In this document: piece after piece, positions 1-10,697 of the stretch
Layout of the letters: the number at the start of each line of letters is the position of its first letter
How positions within the stretch are numbered: the stretch's first letter is position 1
Virus record (IMG/VR): IMGVR_UViG_2595698755_000001
Span: 104,877-168,876 of that record
DNA from: a virus
Taxonomy: Duplodnaviria > Caudoviricetes
DNA: 64,000 nt
Reading direction: 5' to 3' (one strand)
Notes under the pieces: generated by a model
The model's database searches: none
Told to the model about the DNA's origin: nothing
The model's input: only the letters and a program-made list of their open reading frames with translations
Made by a program: the position numbers and the translations under genes

Positions 1-28
1 AAGAGAGGTTGCGACTGCAACCCCTAAA

Positions 29-703
29 TTATACAGACCATGTTCCTGCACTATTTTTTATGAATACTTTGATAATTTTATTTCCATCACCGCTAGATGC
101 AAGTTCTAAGTCTTGTCCAGTAATTGTTACAGTGATTGGATTTGTGTATCCTCCTGTATTACCTGCAATGTTTGAACTTCCATTTATAGTACCGATAGTA
201 ACTCCAGAACTTTCAACTGCTCCTGTAGAAGTAACAACCTTAACTTTGTATTCTTCAAATTGCTCTGGTGAAGAGAATGTGAATGAAACAACGTTCTTTT
301 GCTCTTTCTTAGAGATTTTGTATTTGTCTGGTGCTCCAACATTAACTGTAGGAATAGCAGTATTTAAGCTGATATTATCTTGTGCAACGCTAGATTCATT
401 GTATACATCATCTCTGATTCTAACTGATACTTGTTTATTTCCATCACCACTAGAAAGCTGAATTTGCTTTGAATCAGTGTATGAAATCCAAGTAGACGTA
501 GCTTCTGTTGTTTGGATGTTTGTATCATATGCAGGGTCTACTGTACCCCAAATTTTCATTTGGTAGCCTGTTGTATCCTCATCTGTAGTTCCTATAGCAA
601 TCGAAACTACTTGACTATTAGAATATGTAGCACCTCCATTGATGTTGACATATGGATTACTTGGCGCTGTTGTATCTAATATAATATTAATAAAATTTGC
701 CAT
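29..703 (-). CDS. Virion-associated beta-rich (Ig-like) protein, 224 aa
   Basis: ORF with GAGGTG RBS; Thr/Ser/Gly-rich, beta-strand-like sequence with internal repeat (LSSGDGNKQV / ASSGDGNKII). Confidence 0.55.
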   Translation of the reverse strand: MANFINIILDTTAPSNPYVNINGGATYSNSQVVSIAIGTTDEDTTGYQMKIWGTVDPAYDTNIQTTEATSTWISYTDSKQIQLSSGDGNKQVSVRIRDDVYNESSVAQDNISLNTAIPTVNVGAPDKYKISKKEQKNVVSFTFSSPEQFEEYKVKVVTSTGAVESSGVTIGTINGSSNIAGNTGGYTNPITVTITGQDLELASSGDGNKIIKVFIKNSAGTWSV

Positions 704-716
704 TAAATTTCACCTC

Positions 717-905
717 TTAATCTCGTTCTGAGATTCTATTTCTTACTGGACTGCAATACTTCATGTCTACAACCATTTGTCCGTTATCATCTAAAAGCAA
801 TAACAATTTCTTGGAAGAATCATAGATTTTAAGAACCTTTCCCATATAAGTAATACCGCCTTGATTAACTAGTACATATTGACCAACTGTGTACATGAAC
901 ATCAT
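717..905 (-). CDS. Hypothetical protein, 62 aa
   Basis: ORF with GAAGGA RBS, packed between neighbours on the same strand. Confidence 0.6.
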   Translation of the reverse strand: MMFMYTVGQYVLVNQGGITYMGKVLKIYDSSKKLLLLLDDNGQMVVDMKYCSPVRNRISERD

Positions 906-913
906 TCCTTCTA

Positions 914-1252
914 TTATTTTTTATTTAATTCTGATTTAGCTGATTCTTTCATTTCTTTAACCATTGCTTCAATCATTAAGTCGATTTCTTTTTCAGTCAT
1001 CTTGATTTTCTTTTGTTGCATTAATTTAAGTAATTCCATTTTAGCTACGTTTAATTTTTCGTCACCTTTAAGTTGTCCGTACATCTGCTCAACAGCAGTA
1101 ACAACAATCTTAACTACTTCTTTATTGTTTTCTACTTGTGCAACAAGACCTTTTTTCTTTAAGAAACTCATCAATGATTTAGTTGCTAAACCGACACATG
1201 CAGTTAATACTGCTACAATAAGATTTACTAATTCCATTTGGATATTTTCCAT
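914..1252 (-). CDS. Holin (LL-H-like)
   Basis: N-terminal hydrophobic helix; VTAVEQMY...GDEKL...IEAMVKEM pattern typical of LL-H-type holins; lies in the lysis cassette. Confidence 0.7.
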   Translation of the reverse strand: MENIQMELVNLIVAVLTACVGLATKSLMSFLKKKGLVAQVENNKEVVKIVVTAVEQMYGQLKGDEKLNVAKMELLKLMQQKKIKMTEKEIDLMIEAMVKEMKESAKSELNKK

Positions 1253-1287
1253 TTGTCATTCTCCTTTTTAAAAATCAACCATACCTG

Positions 1288-1316
1288 TTGACAATATCAG
1301 ACAGGCATGGTATAAT
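1288..1316 (+). promoter_or_regulatory. Consensus sigma-A promoter, antisense to lysis genes
   Basis: TTGACA(1288-1293)-17 bp-TATAAT(1311-1316) with TG extension. Confidence 0.7.
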
Positions 1317-1324
1317 TAAGTTAA

Positions 1325-1645
1325 TTAAAATTTACCGTCTAAACGTTGGTTTAGTTCAGTAATTTTTTCTTGCAGTTGTTTATTCTCTAATGTTAGGTTG
1401 ATGTTAACAGCTTGAAGCTGTTTGATTTCCTCACGCAAGTTTTCAATTTCTTCTCTTTGTTCTTGCATCATCTGACGTAATTCAGCGATTAATTGGTATT
1501 GGTCTTTTGAGAGTTGCATTCTGTCATTAATTGCCAGTTCTTTTTTGTTTGTGTTTTTGGTTACAAAATATGTAATACCAGAACCGAGAAGGGTTGAGAG
1601 TGCTGTTAACAATCCTGCATCTGTGAATAATTGTAAGAAATCCAT
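1325..1645 (-). CDS. Holin-like/lysis accessory membrane protein with coiled coil
   Basis: One N-terminal TM segment, then a heptad coiled coil; between endolysin and holin. Confidence 0.55.
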   Translation of the reverse strand: MDFLQLFTDAGLLTALSTLLGSGITYFVTKNTNKKELAINDRMQLSKDQYQLIAELRQMMQEQREEIENLREEIKQLQAVNINLTLENKQLQEKITELNQRLDGKF

Positions 1646-1714
1646 AATTGACTTCCTCCCCTATCTTTTTATGCAACCCCTTTTAATCAAGCCCTTTAAC
1701 TCCATGACTAACTA

Positions 1715-2656
1715 TTAGTCTTGTACGAAACGCACGAATGAAGAGTCGTTTTTAATCCATTGGTCGCCACCAAGATTTAACCAACCATCTTTCAATGCCC
1801 ATACTTTATATGATTCTGGTGCATTCAATTGACGGATTACTGAGTAACCTGTCCCTGCTCCAGAACGTAGGTTGACATTATATCCAGTGATATAAGCTGT
1901 ACCTGTAACTGGTTTTGGTTGTGGTGCAGGTGTTGGAGCAATGCTTCCTCCACTAATAACTTGTAGATAGTTACCATTGTCACCATAAGCCCATTGGTCA
2001 CCACCTAAGTTGTACCATCCGTTAGAAATTGCCCAAAACTCATATGTTTCACCATAACCTAGTTGACGGATGATTGGAGCACTTGCACTTGGTTGTGTAC
2101 GTAGATTCAAACCTGTTGTAACTACTTTTACAACGCCTGTTGTGCTAGTTGGTGGTTGAGTTGTACCTCCACCATTTAACTCTGTTTGTACAGCGTTAAG
2201 GAATGATTGCCATCTTCCTTCTGCAAGGATACGGTGTGGGCAATATTTCCCACTCCAATCTTGGTGCTTTTTAACTCGACTGATACCCCATCCACGCTCT
2301 CTTAAAAGTTGTGCTGTGAACTTAACTGCTAAAGCTTCTGCTTTACGATATCTGTCTCCACCACTTAGAGAGTAGCAGATTTCAATTCCGATAGACTTCA
2401 TATTACCGTTTCCAGTTCCATCTCCACAATGCCAAGCATTACGGTTTGTAGGGATACCTTGAACAACTTCGAAATCATCAACTGCAAAATGGAATGAAGT
2501 AGCATTACTGTTTGTAATCATGTACTGCACCTCGTTATTCGCACTTGCATCATTGTAAGTATTGTGGATAGTAATGTATTCTGCTGTCATAGTGTTAGGA
2601 CACTTTAAGCTGTACTTACTTGAATCCACCAATTTTTGTCTTACTGAAATAGCCAT
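1715..2656 (-). CDS. Endolysin: N-acetylmuramoyl-L-alanine amidase (Amidase_2) with two SH3b domains
   Basis: ITIHNT, SFHFAVDD, AWHCGDG, SIGIEIC, HQDWSGKYCP motifs; two C-terminal LNLR...GWYNLGGDQW / GWLNLGGDQW repeats. Confidence 0.95.
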   Translation of the reverse strand: MAISVRQKLVDSSKYSLKCPNTMTAEYITIHNTYNDASANNEVQYMITNSNATSFHFAVDDFEVVQGIPTNRNAWHCGDGTGNGNMKSIGIEICYSLSGGDRYRKAEALAVKFTAQLLRERGWGISRVKKHQDWSGKYCPHRILAEGRWQSFLNAVQTELNGGGTTQPPTSTTGVVKVVTTGLNLRTQPSASAPIIRQLGYGETYEFWAISNGWYNLGGDQWAYGDNGNYLQVISGGSIAPTPAPQPKPVTGTAYITGYNVNLRSGAGTGYSVIRQLNAPESYKVWALKDGWLNLGGDQWIKNDSSFVRFVQD

Positions 2657-2730
2657 GTAAAATTCCTCCTAATATTTAATAGACCTGCTAGGTTAGACTC
2701 TCGCCTAGCAGGATTTTATATCATTATTTT

Positions 2731-2883
2731 TTATTCTTTGTCAGTTTTAGATTCTGCATCTTCTAGAATCTGTTTCTCTAACTGTTTGATATAAGCAGAC
2801 TTCATGATTAACTCATTCGTTAATTCTGCCACCTTATCTTGATATTCTTTAATTACGATATTAATATCTAATTTTCCTTGCAT
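2731..2883 (-). CDS. Small coiled-coil protein, 50 aa (not in ORF track)
   Basis: ATG at 2883 with AGGAGG RBS; MQGKLDINIVIKEYQDKVAELTNELIMKSAYIKQLEKQILEDAESKTDKE*. Confidence 0.65.
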   Translation of the reverse strand: MQGKLDINIVIKEYQDKVAELTNELIMKSAYIKQLEKQILEDAESKTDKE

Positions 2884-2905
2884 TTCCTTTTCCTCCTAAT
2901 ATTTT

Positions 2906-3403
2906 CTATTCCCACTTAACAGCAACAATTGTTGCATGGTCTGTGGCATTCTTAACAATATTTGTTTTTTCATTGTATTTCATTAGTTGACTGAATTTGT
3001 GGTCAAATGCTTCATCTTGTACTGCTAACCATTCGGCTCTAGTATGTTCTAAATAATTCTCTAAATCTTCGACTCTCCATTGAACAGTTGTGATATCTGG
3101 CTTTCTAGATAATCTCTCTGCCATCCCTAAAAAGTTGATTTGGTCTGCATCATTCAAACGATAGTGATGTCCATTTGTTGATGTGAATCCATTTTTGATT
3201 CCTAAATCACAAGATTCATCTAGTATTCTAAATTTAATATCTTTGTGATATTTAAGGATTTGTGTAGGAGACACTTGCCAAACCGCACAATTCAATTTTG
3301 ATGCTATTGCATTAACTAATGCATTCTGATTTGTTAGAGTCATATTTTCTAACCCTACTAAAATTAATTCCTTCTCATAAATTGTCAAAGTATCAAATAC
3401 CAT
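2906..3403 (-). CDS. Tail-fibre-associated protein (DUF4376-like)
   Basis: GHHYRLNDADQINF...VQW...terminal AVKW pattern; immediately follows the fibre gene. Confidence 0.55.
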   Translation of the reverse strand: MVFDTLTIYEKELILVGLENMTLTNQNALVNAIASKLNCAVWQVSPTQILKYHKDIKFRILDESCDLGIKNGFTSTNGHHYRLNDADQINFLGMAERLSRKPDITTVQWRVEDLENYLEHTRAEWLAVQDEAFDHKFSQLMKYNEKTNIVKNATDHATIVAVKWE

Positions 3404-3405
3404 AA

Positions 3406-6123
3406 TTATATTTCCCCTTTATTTGTTTTTAAAATTTGAATTTCCTTTTTAAGTTCTGCGATTTCTTGGTGAAAATATCTGATATCAATATCATGCTCTT
3501 GTAAACCTTTAAATGCTAGAGTAGACATACCGTATGCATCAACTGTGTCCCCATTTGCCCCAACAAGAATTTTTGGTGCTTCTTCTGCAATAAGACCAAT
3601 TTTAACTGTTCCATGTTCGTCTTCTTTATATGTATATGTTTTTGCTACTGTTGAGTTTATGACTTCCATTGCACTTTCTTCAAAGATTTCAATGTTATCT
3701 TTAAACTCTCTTGAGGATGCATTGTTTAAGTTTCCTGCAAGTTCACACCAGTTTGTGTTTCCAGAGTTTCTTGCTTCTAATCGTCCTGCTCCTGTGTACC
3801 ATTTAAGGATACCTCCATCATTACCAAACTGGATACATCTTCCTGTGTAATTCTCATGTGTATAAAATGAGATAAACTTATGACCATCATGATAAAAATC
3901 ATGACCATTAGTATAAGAACGATATTCTGTTGGCATAGTCGCTCCTTTGCCAATTGGAGTGATAAATCTAGTTCTACCATCTGCATCAAGAACACCCCAA
4001 GTATTACCACTACCTGCACCAGATTGACCCCTAATATTTCCATAGCTATCGAAGTAAACTCCACCACTACTCAATGAGTATAAATCCCCTCCAAGTCGCA
4101 AGTTTGCTGTGCCTGTGAACTGATAGAAGATATTGTAGTCATTCATTCTCATTGCGTAATCTAAAATACCAAAAGTGCTATAGTCGGCACTGTTTGTAGA
4201 ACCTGCTGTTTTATTTGTTCGTAAGAAGTTTAATCCTTGACCTACTGATTGCACTGGACTGCTAAAGTAGATAGAGTTAACTCCCATGAAATCTGAACCA
4301 CCTGCATGTAATCCCCATTTACCTTGTGCTATCCATTGGCTTCCTTTAAGTTTAACAACACCATCAACATCTAAATCTCCTGCAATCTCTAAAGCGTTGT
4401 TTGCAGATGTTGGGAACTTGTTAATACCAAGCGTTTTCTTCTCCCAGTCAATGAAGAAGATTGGAGAACCTGCACTTACTGTTCTAGTAATTGTTGTCGT
4501 TCCTAGTTTATCAGTTACTTTAATTTCTAATGTCCAAGCTTTAGTATTGTCTAAGTTCTTTGTCAATGTTGTACATGCATATGTAGGAACTGTATTAGCA
4601 AATACAAAGTTTTCCCATGCTGTAAATGTTCCACCGATTGTCTCTTTATATCTCAACTGAACTGATGATACAGCGTTCTTTCCATTTAGACTTGACATTG
4701 CACCACTACAAGGAATCGTAGTTGATGTTTCAAAGTTGTTTCTACGAACAACATCTGATGTTACTGTTGGAAGTGAATATGGAAGAACTGTTACAGTCTT
4801 GGAAATTGACGTTGAAAGACCACGACTATCAACTGCCTTTACAGTTAAAGTAGAATTTGCACCTGCACTTACTGTTCCAAAATCAAGTGTCATTGTTGCT
4901 GTGGCTGAGTGAGCAACCCTTTTCTCCACACCGTTTAATGTTGCTACATATTCAACCATACTTGAATAATCTTGTGCTGTTGCTTTGTTTCCTGTTAGGA
5001 TTTCAACTTGAACTGTAGACTTTCCTTGAATAACATGTTGATTGTTAGTTGTAATAGCTACTGTTGTTGCATTCGTATCTTTATATGTATAGTTGCCTGC
5101 AAACACTGGTGGTCTTGCCTTAGCACCTGCGTATGCAGTATACCCAGAAGCGATGTCTGCCCAAACCTGTGTGTTACCCCAGTATGATGTAACATATGCT
5201 TCACCATAACCAGATGTAGCATTTGGAATTTTTGCAAGCATTGCATTTACTTCTGCATCTGTCCAAGTAACAGTAGATGCACCTGCACTTACATTTGTTA
5301 ATGTTTTAATTAGCGTACCGCCAAAGTAAAACTTAACTGTGTGTTTTAATTTGCCAAGATTACTAATATTAATCGGCAAGTTAGCACCAAAGGTGAAACT
5401 ATTAAAGGTAATTACTCCACCACCGACATTGTAACAAGTTCCATAGTAATCCTTTTCACCAATGTATTGACCATACTTAAATGTCTGAACATTGATTCTT
5501 GTTTGTTTTGTTCCTGCTTTATTCAACTTCTGGAATATTAATTCAATCTCTCCATCTGTGAAGTCGAATCTACCACCTGTTGTGATACCGTTCAACTCTT
5601 TGATTTGTGTGCCATCAACCCAGAGTCTAACCTTATGGTCAAACTCTGATGATGCTCTTGCAATCGCAAAATCATGTGAATATCCAACTGTGAAATCTGG
5701 TGCAGTCGTTAATGATGATGCACGTGGAATTGTATCTAGAGTCACTGTTTGACTTGTGTTTACTGATGCTACGTAAGAGCCATTCAGAGTAACCGCAATG
5801 TCAAATACACCTCTAATATCTAACGATTTCGTACCATCCGAATTATGAGGAACTACAACCTCATGCCAAAAGATAAATTTCTTTTGGTTACCACTAAGTG
5901 AAGCAAGACCTGCACCACTACCACCAGAGAACGCTCCATTAATCGTTAGTGAAACGTTTTTAGTTGCACTAGAGTTAATAGTCCAAGACGAACCTTTACT
6001 GATTAAGTAAAGGTCTGCCCGAACTGTGCTTGTATTATTGGCAATATTTTGTGATGCCCACCAATCAACTTGTAAGCGATATCCACCACTAAAATCTGTA
6101 CCAAAACTTCCGCTTAAAGCCAT
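3406..6123 (-). CDS. Tail fibre/receptor-binding protein, DUF859-like N-terminus with C-terminal intramolecular chaperone (peptidase S74-like)
   Basis: N-terminal SQNIANNTSTV...TLDTIPRAS siphovirus motif; C-terminal SSREFKDNI...IGLIAEE plus coiled coil. Confidence 0.8.
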   Translation of the reverse strand: MALSGSFGTDFSGGYRLQVDWWASQNIANNTSTVRADLYLISKGSSWTINSSATKNVSLTINGAFSGGSGAGLASLSGNQKKFIFWHEVVVPHNSDGTKSLDIRGVFDIAVTLNGSYVASVNTSQTVTLDTIPRASSLTTAPDFTVGYSHDFAIARASSEFDHKVRLWVDGTQIKELNGITTGGRFDFTDGEIELIFQKLNKAGTKQTRINVQTFKYGQYIGEKDYYGTCYNVGGGVITFNSFTFGANLPINISNLGKLKHTVKFYFGGTLIKTLTNVSAGASTVTWTDAEVNAMLAKIPNATSGYGEAYVTSYWGNTQVWADIASGYTAYAGAKARPPVFAGNYTYKDTNATTVAITTNNQHVIQGKSTVQVEILTGNKATAQDYSSMVEYVATLNGVEKRVAHSATATMTLDFGTVSAGANSTLTVKAVDSRGLSTSISKTVTVLPYSLPTVTSDVVRRNNFETSTTIPCSGAMSSLNGKNAVSSVQLRYKETIGGTFTAWENFVFANTVPTYACTTLTKNLDNTKAWTLEIKVTDKLGTTTITRTVSAGSPIFFIDWEKKTLGINKFPTSANNALEIAGDLDVDGVVKLKGSQWIAQGKWGLHAGGSDFMGVNSIYFSSPVQSVGQGLNFLRTNKTAGSTNSADYSTFGILDYAMRMNDYNIFYQFTGTANLRLGGDLYSLSSGGVYFDSYGNIRGQSGAGSGNTWGVLDADGRTRFITPIGKGATMPTEYRSYTNGHDFYHDGHKFISFYTHENYTGRCIQFGNDGGILKWYTGAGRLEARNSGNTNWCELAGNLNNASSREFKDNIEIFEESAMEVINSTVAKTYTYKEDEHGTVKIGLIAEEAPKILVGANGDTVDAYGMSTLAFKGLQEHDIDIRYFHQEIAELKKEIQILKTNKGEI

Positions 6124-6146
6124 TTATATCTTCTCCTTTTTCTCTA

Positions 6147-9100
6147 TTAATCTAGATTTTGAACGAATGCCCAACCTTTATTTGAAGTGGATTCAATTTT
6201 AATAATCTTAATTCCACCCATCGTAAATTCATCTTTTGCTCTGAATTTTTTAGAAACTGTTTCATCTTCTTGAAGATAGAATACTTTTTCATATGTTCCG
6301 TCACCATCTAAATCATAGTAACCTGCAAATTCTTGAGGTGTGATTTGTGTATAACCTCTATCTACTCCATTAACAATCTGAGAAACTTTAATACCGTTCA
6401 TATCCATACGAATATTAGTATTGTATATTTCACCCGTAGCCATTGACCATTGAAGAGGTACGTCACCAATATTGAACATCAATCCAGAAACAGTTGCATC
6501 TGCTAATTTTTCTGCGTAAATTCGAATCGTTACTACGTTGGATTTAGGTGTATAAACATAGCTATTCTTTTCAAATCCTTTTGTTGTAAATTCACTATTA
6601 TACTTATAGCTTGCTAAAGTTGTAGCACCTTCCAAAATTTGCACCCACATTACACCATCATTGTTTGTTGATGGAGATGCATTTGTTTTATTCATATACC
6701 ATGATAATGTATATGGTTGACCTGCTGTTACATAAACATCTTGCTTAATATGACTAGCACCTGCTGATGGGAAGAAGTAGAATCCTTTACCAAACCCTAA
6801 AGAATCTAGTGCATTATTCCCTACAGTTTTCATGTATGTTGGTGAAACCTGTGACCAAAAACTAAAGTCTGCATATCCAACAGAGTTTTTAATTAAGTTT
6901 ACTCCACCTCCTGCTTGGAATTTCGTAGTAATGTCATTGATGGTTTGTGTCATTTCTGATTTCACTACGAATGGTGTAAAGTCAATACTACCAACTTTTT
7001 CATCTGCATATTTATTAGCATCTTGTTTTGCTTGGTCTAGCTGTCCAGTTGTTGCATATCCCTTTAAGTCTTCTGAGTTAGCTTTAGCGCCTAAATCATT
7101 CTTGTAAGAAGTAGATTGTGTAACTGTGTTGATAATGGCATTATCTGTAATCTTCTCTTCTGCTGATGAAACTCTGTCTGCAAGATTGTACAAGAATGAA
7201 TCTGTATCCTCTGGAGCAGGTGTCCAATCTGTGTATCGTGTTCCTTCTTCAATCTTTACATTTCTAACCCACATTGAACCTTCCATCGTGCTGAAATATC
7301 CATATACATATAATGATAACGCTTTTGTTAAATCCCATTTATTGTTAATTGTAAATGTATGATATTTTCTTTCCCATACATTAGCAATCGTACAAGGCTG
7401 TAAATTCCATTGATATCCAAAGAATCCTTGTGTTGCGTTTCCTGTCTCATAGTGATGGAATCCAACGTTTACGACCATTCCTACTGTGTCTGCCATTGCT
7501 TCAAGACTAATAGTGTAAGTTTTCCCAACTGCTAAACTCTGACAGAATGGGTCTGTTAACAGTATACTGTTAGACATCCCTAACCATCTGTGAAGACCAC
7601 TGACATTAGGAGTTACAGATGTATCAACTAAATTGCTATTTCTATCTATAAGTTCTAACACAGGATATCCAAATTTATCAACATTTAGATGAGCATGATA
7701 TCCTTGTGTTGGGAATGGTTTAACTCCTGCGTTATATCCATTACTCCACCATCCATCGGGTACGATGTTACCGTTTAAATCTTTATCCCATCCTAAAGTA
7801 TCATTTGTTTTATATTTAGCAAAATTTGAATTTCTTAAAAGATTTCTCATACCGAACTGTACAGCATTTAAAATTGCTCTCTCTAAGATTACTTTTTTAT
7901 CATTATAGTCTTTAAAATAACTACGCATGATAGTTGTAGTCTTAGGTTCAATAGATGCTGTTAATGTTGTTGTCGTTGTTAAGTCTGACAAGTGAGGTGT
8001 TAAAGATGATGTTAATTTATTATATGCAGTGATATATGCATCTTTTTCTGTAGTCACACCATACTCATTTGCTTTTGCTTCATATGTTGCTTTTTCTGCA
8101 ATAATCATATCAATTTCAGTTTTAAGAGTTTTCTTTTCTACTGGTGTAATCTTATCATCTGCAACAATGTTGTCAAATGATACTTGTGATTCATAAGCTT
8201 TGATTTCTTCTGATGTTGCAGGTCTTGAAATTACAGAATCAATATAAATTGTCTTTGCAGGTTTAGTTGCATCAAATGCACCATAACTACCCATAGCATA
8301 CAATCTATATCCACCAAAGTCTGACAATGCACCAACTTTGAACACTGTAGAAACTGTGTACCACTTATTCAATGTTGGACTTGCTACTGCATCTGAAAAC
8401 TTGAATCTACCTTCGAATGCACTTTGTGCTCCATCGGCTTTTAAGTATCTAAATAGAATACCTGCACCATTGATAGAACCACTTTCTAATTTGAATGTTG
8501 ACTCGACATACATATACTGGTAATATGGTTTATTTAAGTATCCGTCACCGCTTAAATAGCTTTCTGCTCCTAGAGCATTTGTATATTTAACTGATTTACC
8601 ATTACCATTTTCTGATGCCACTTTTACGACTGCTGTTCCGACATTACCATTGAATCCAACAGGATATGTTCCTGTCCAATCAGCAAAGTTGTAGTTTTTA
8701 TTAATATATGCAGATTCACTAGAAGTTGCTTTGTCAATACTTTCTCCAACTTTACTTGTAAATGTTTGATGACTCGTTACTGTAGATGTGATATTATCTG
8801 GTTGAACTGCAAATTCAGTTTTATAGATTTTCTGTTCTAAATCGAATGGTGAAACAGACCAATCACTTGCTCTATTACCAAATTCAATTTTAATACCTGT
8901 AGTCCAGAACTCACCTGTACATCCTTCTAATCCATGTTTAAATGAAATCTTAGTAAGTTTTGTTGCATTTGAAGGTAGTGACAGTTTAACTGTTGCACTG
9001 TATTTCACCCATGTCATATTAGTTCCTGTAATGTATGTGCTTTCACCAATTGTATTTGATGCAGTGAATCTAGGATATCTATAAAATTTTTGAGCACTAG

Positions 9101-10577
9101 CATTTTCACCTTCAATGATTAACTCGCCAAATCTACCTGCTTGATAACTGTTAGCACCTTGTACAATATTCTGATATTTTAACCAGAATTGAATAGTTAC
9201 TTCTCTGTCTACTAACTCTTCACAAGCTTTTCCACTCCATAATTGAGGGCTGAAAATACCACCGTTAGCCCCTACAGGTGTATTGTTTTTTACATGATAT
9301 GCAAACTTAAAAGGTGGGGCTTCTGCTGAGATATCAACAATTTCTTTAACACTACCTGAACTACTATTAGAAGAATACGAATCTTTCCATAATCCTTCTG
9401 TCAAAGGAATTTCAAAATTACCATTACTAGCATGATTCATTTTTACTGGATTATAACTTTCATCACTTGTTACCTGTGATGTATAAGTAGCTAAATCATT
9501 TAATGCATTATACAGATTCAACCAGTTAGTTCTAAATGTTGCTTTTGCAACTGTAATAACTTTATCTTTATTTCCTATAGAGACATCCCAAGGTCTTAAA
9601 GTAGCATTTGATGCATCCTTTAATCCTTCAAGATAATTCTTTAAAGTTGTATATGTACTTTCTACTGTTGTATATTTTATGTGAGTCGAAGGAATACCTA
9701 CTTGGATTGCTTGTCTTCGAACAGTGAAAACTAAACCCTTACCACTTGAATCTAAAGTTCCAATTGCAGGTAAAGTTCCTGTGTCTGTAGTTGAAATTCC
9801 GATAAGACCTTCAACTTTCTCTTTAATTACTTGTCTCTCATTGTAATCAAGTAAGTTGTCGTTCGCCATGTTCCCTAAAGTTTCAGTGATATCTACAATA
9901 ACTTCATGAGCATCTTCTGGTGCAGGTTGCCAATCTAAAGGAATATTTCCCTCTGTTAACTGGATGTTTTTCATCCACCATGTTTCGGGCATTGGACTTT
10001 TATAAATGAATGGTGTGAATAAATATGAAACTCCATCATTCTTTACTTTGAATCTTAAAATAATCTTGTGCCATTTATTAGCAACAAGTGTTCTTTGACC
10101 ACCATCTACAGATATAAATCCATCAATACCTGTTTGACCAGTTAACCCAGAAACAGCAACCCATTCATGTAGTGGTGTACTTGAACTTAATACCATATCT
10201 GTATCAAACATAATTTCCGTACTATATACATATTCCTTGCCATTATTAACAGGAACACTTACAGTACCTTTTACCGAACCTGTAGCGGATAAACAAGGGA
10301 ATCCATCCTTGTTAACAACGTTAAGATTCGTACCGCCATTGTTTGTAGTCCAACCATTTGTAGTAACGAATAGACCACTATATCTTAGTAAGTTTCTTCC
10401 ACCCACTAAAACATTTGATGATTTTTGCCAATCACCATTTTGATAGACATACAATTGCGCTTCTGTTGTACTCCACCATAATTGACCCTCTACTGGGTTT
10501 GATGGTTTAGTTGCAGAAACAAGAACATCGTTCATATCTACTAAGGTCATCTGACCTGTACCAACAATATTTGGCAT
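6147..10577 (-). CDS. Large tail/baseplate protein with repeated carbohydrate-binding-like modules, 1476 aa
   Basis: Repeated G.RNLL.NS...K.EEG...DW.PAPED modules typical of Firmicutes phage minor tail proteins. Confidence 0.75.
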   Translation of the reverse strand: MPNIVGTGQMTLVDMNDVLVSATKPSNPVEGQLWWSTTEAQLYVYQNGDWQKSSNVLVGGRNLLRYSGLFVTTNGWTTNNGGTNLNVVNKDGFPCLSATGSVKGTVSVPVNNGKEYVYSTEIMFDTDMVLSSSTPLHEWVAVSGLTGQTGIDGFISVDGGQRTLVANKWHKIILRFKVKNDGVSYLFTPFIYKSPMPETWWMKNIQLTEGNIPLDWQPAPEDAHEVIVDITETLGNMANDNLLDYNERQVIKEKVEGLIGISTTDTGTLPAIGTLDSSGKGLVFTVRRQAIQVGIPSTHIKYTTVESTYTTLKNYLEGLKDASNATLRPWDVSIGNKDKVITVAKATFRTNWLNLYNALNDLATYTSQVTSDESYNPVKMNHASNGNFEIPLTEGLWKDSYSSNSSSGSVKEIVDISAEAPPFKFAYHVKNNTPVGANGGIFSPQLWSGKACEELVDREVTIQFWLKYQNIVQGANSYQAGRFGELIIEGENASAQKFYRYPRFTASNTIGESTYITGTNMTWVKYSATVKLSLPSNATKLTKISFKHGLEGCTGEFWTTGIKIEFGNRASDWSVSPFDLEQKIYKTEFAVQPDNITSTVTSHQTFTSKVGESIDKATSSESAYINKNYNFADWTGTYPVGFNGNVGTAVVKVASENGNGKSVKYTNALGAESYLSGDGYLNKPYYQYMYVESTFKLESGSINGAGILFRYLKADGAQSAFEGRFKFSDAVASPTLNKWYTVSTVFKVGALSDFGGYRLYAMGSYGAFDATKPAKTIYIDSVISRPATSEEIKAYESQVSFDNIVADDKITPVEKKTLKTEIDMIIAEKATYEAKANEYGVTTEKDAYITAYNKLTSSLTPHLSDLTTTTTLTASIEPKTTTIMRSYFKDYNDKKVILERAILNAVQFGMRNLLRNSNFAKYKTNDTLGWDKDLNGNIVPDGWWSNGYNAGVKPFPTQGYHAHLNVDKFGYPVLELIDRNSNLVDTSVTPNVSGLHRWLGMSNSILLTDPFCQSLAVGKTYTISLEAMADTVGMVVNVGFHHYETGNATQGFFGYQWNLQPCTIANVWERKYHTFTINNKWDLTKALSLYVYGYFSTMEGSMWVRNVKIEEGTRYTDWTPAPEDTDSFLYNLADRVSSAEEKITDNAIINTVTQSTSYKNDLGAKANSEDLKGYATTGQLDQAKQDANKYADEKVGSIDFTPFVVKSEMTQTINDITTKFQAGGGVNLIKNSVGYADFSFWSQVSPTYMKTVGNNALDSLGFGKGFYFFPSAGASHIKQDVYVTAGQPYTLSWYMNKTNASPSTNNDGVMWVQILEGATTLASYKYNSEFTTKGFEKNSYVYTPKSNVVTIRIYAEKLADATVSGLMFNIGDVPLQWSMATGEIYNTNIRMDMNGIKVSQIVNGVDRGYTQITPQEFAGYYDLDGDGTYEKVFYLQEDETVSKKFRAKDEFTMGGIKIIKIESTSNKGWAFVQNLD

Positions 10578-10655
10578 TTAAATCCACTCCTAATTTCCTT
10601 TTATCCAAACAAAGAGTCTTACTAAACGCAAGACTCTTAAACTTTCCATATTTTT

Positions 10656-10684
10656 ATTATACCATTATTTTTGATTTTTGTCAA
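10656..10684 (-). promoter_or_regulatory. Sigma-A consensus promoter
   Basis: TTGACA-17-TATAAT with TG extension on the minus strand. Confidence 0.75.
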
Positions 10685-10697
10685 ATAATATGTTATA

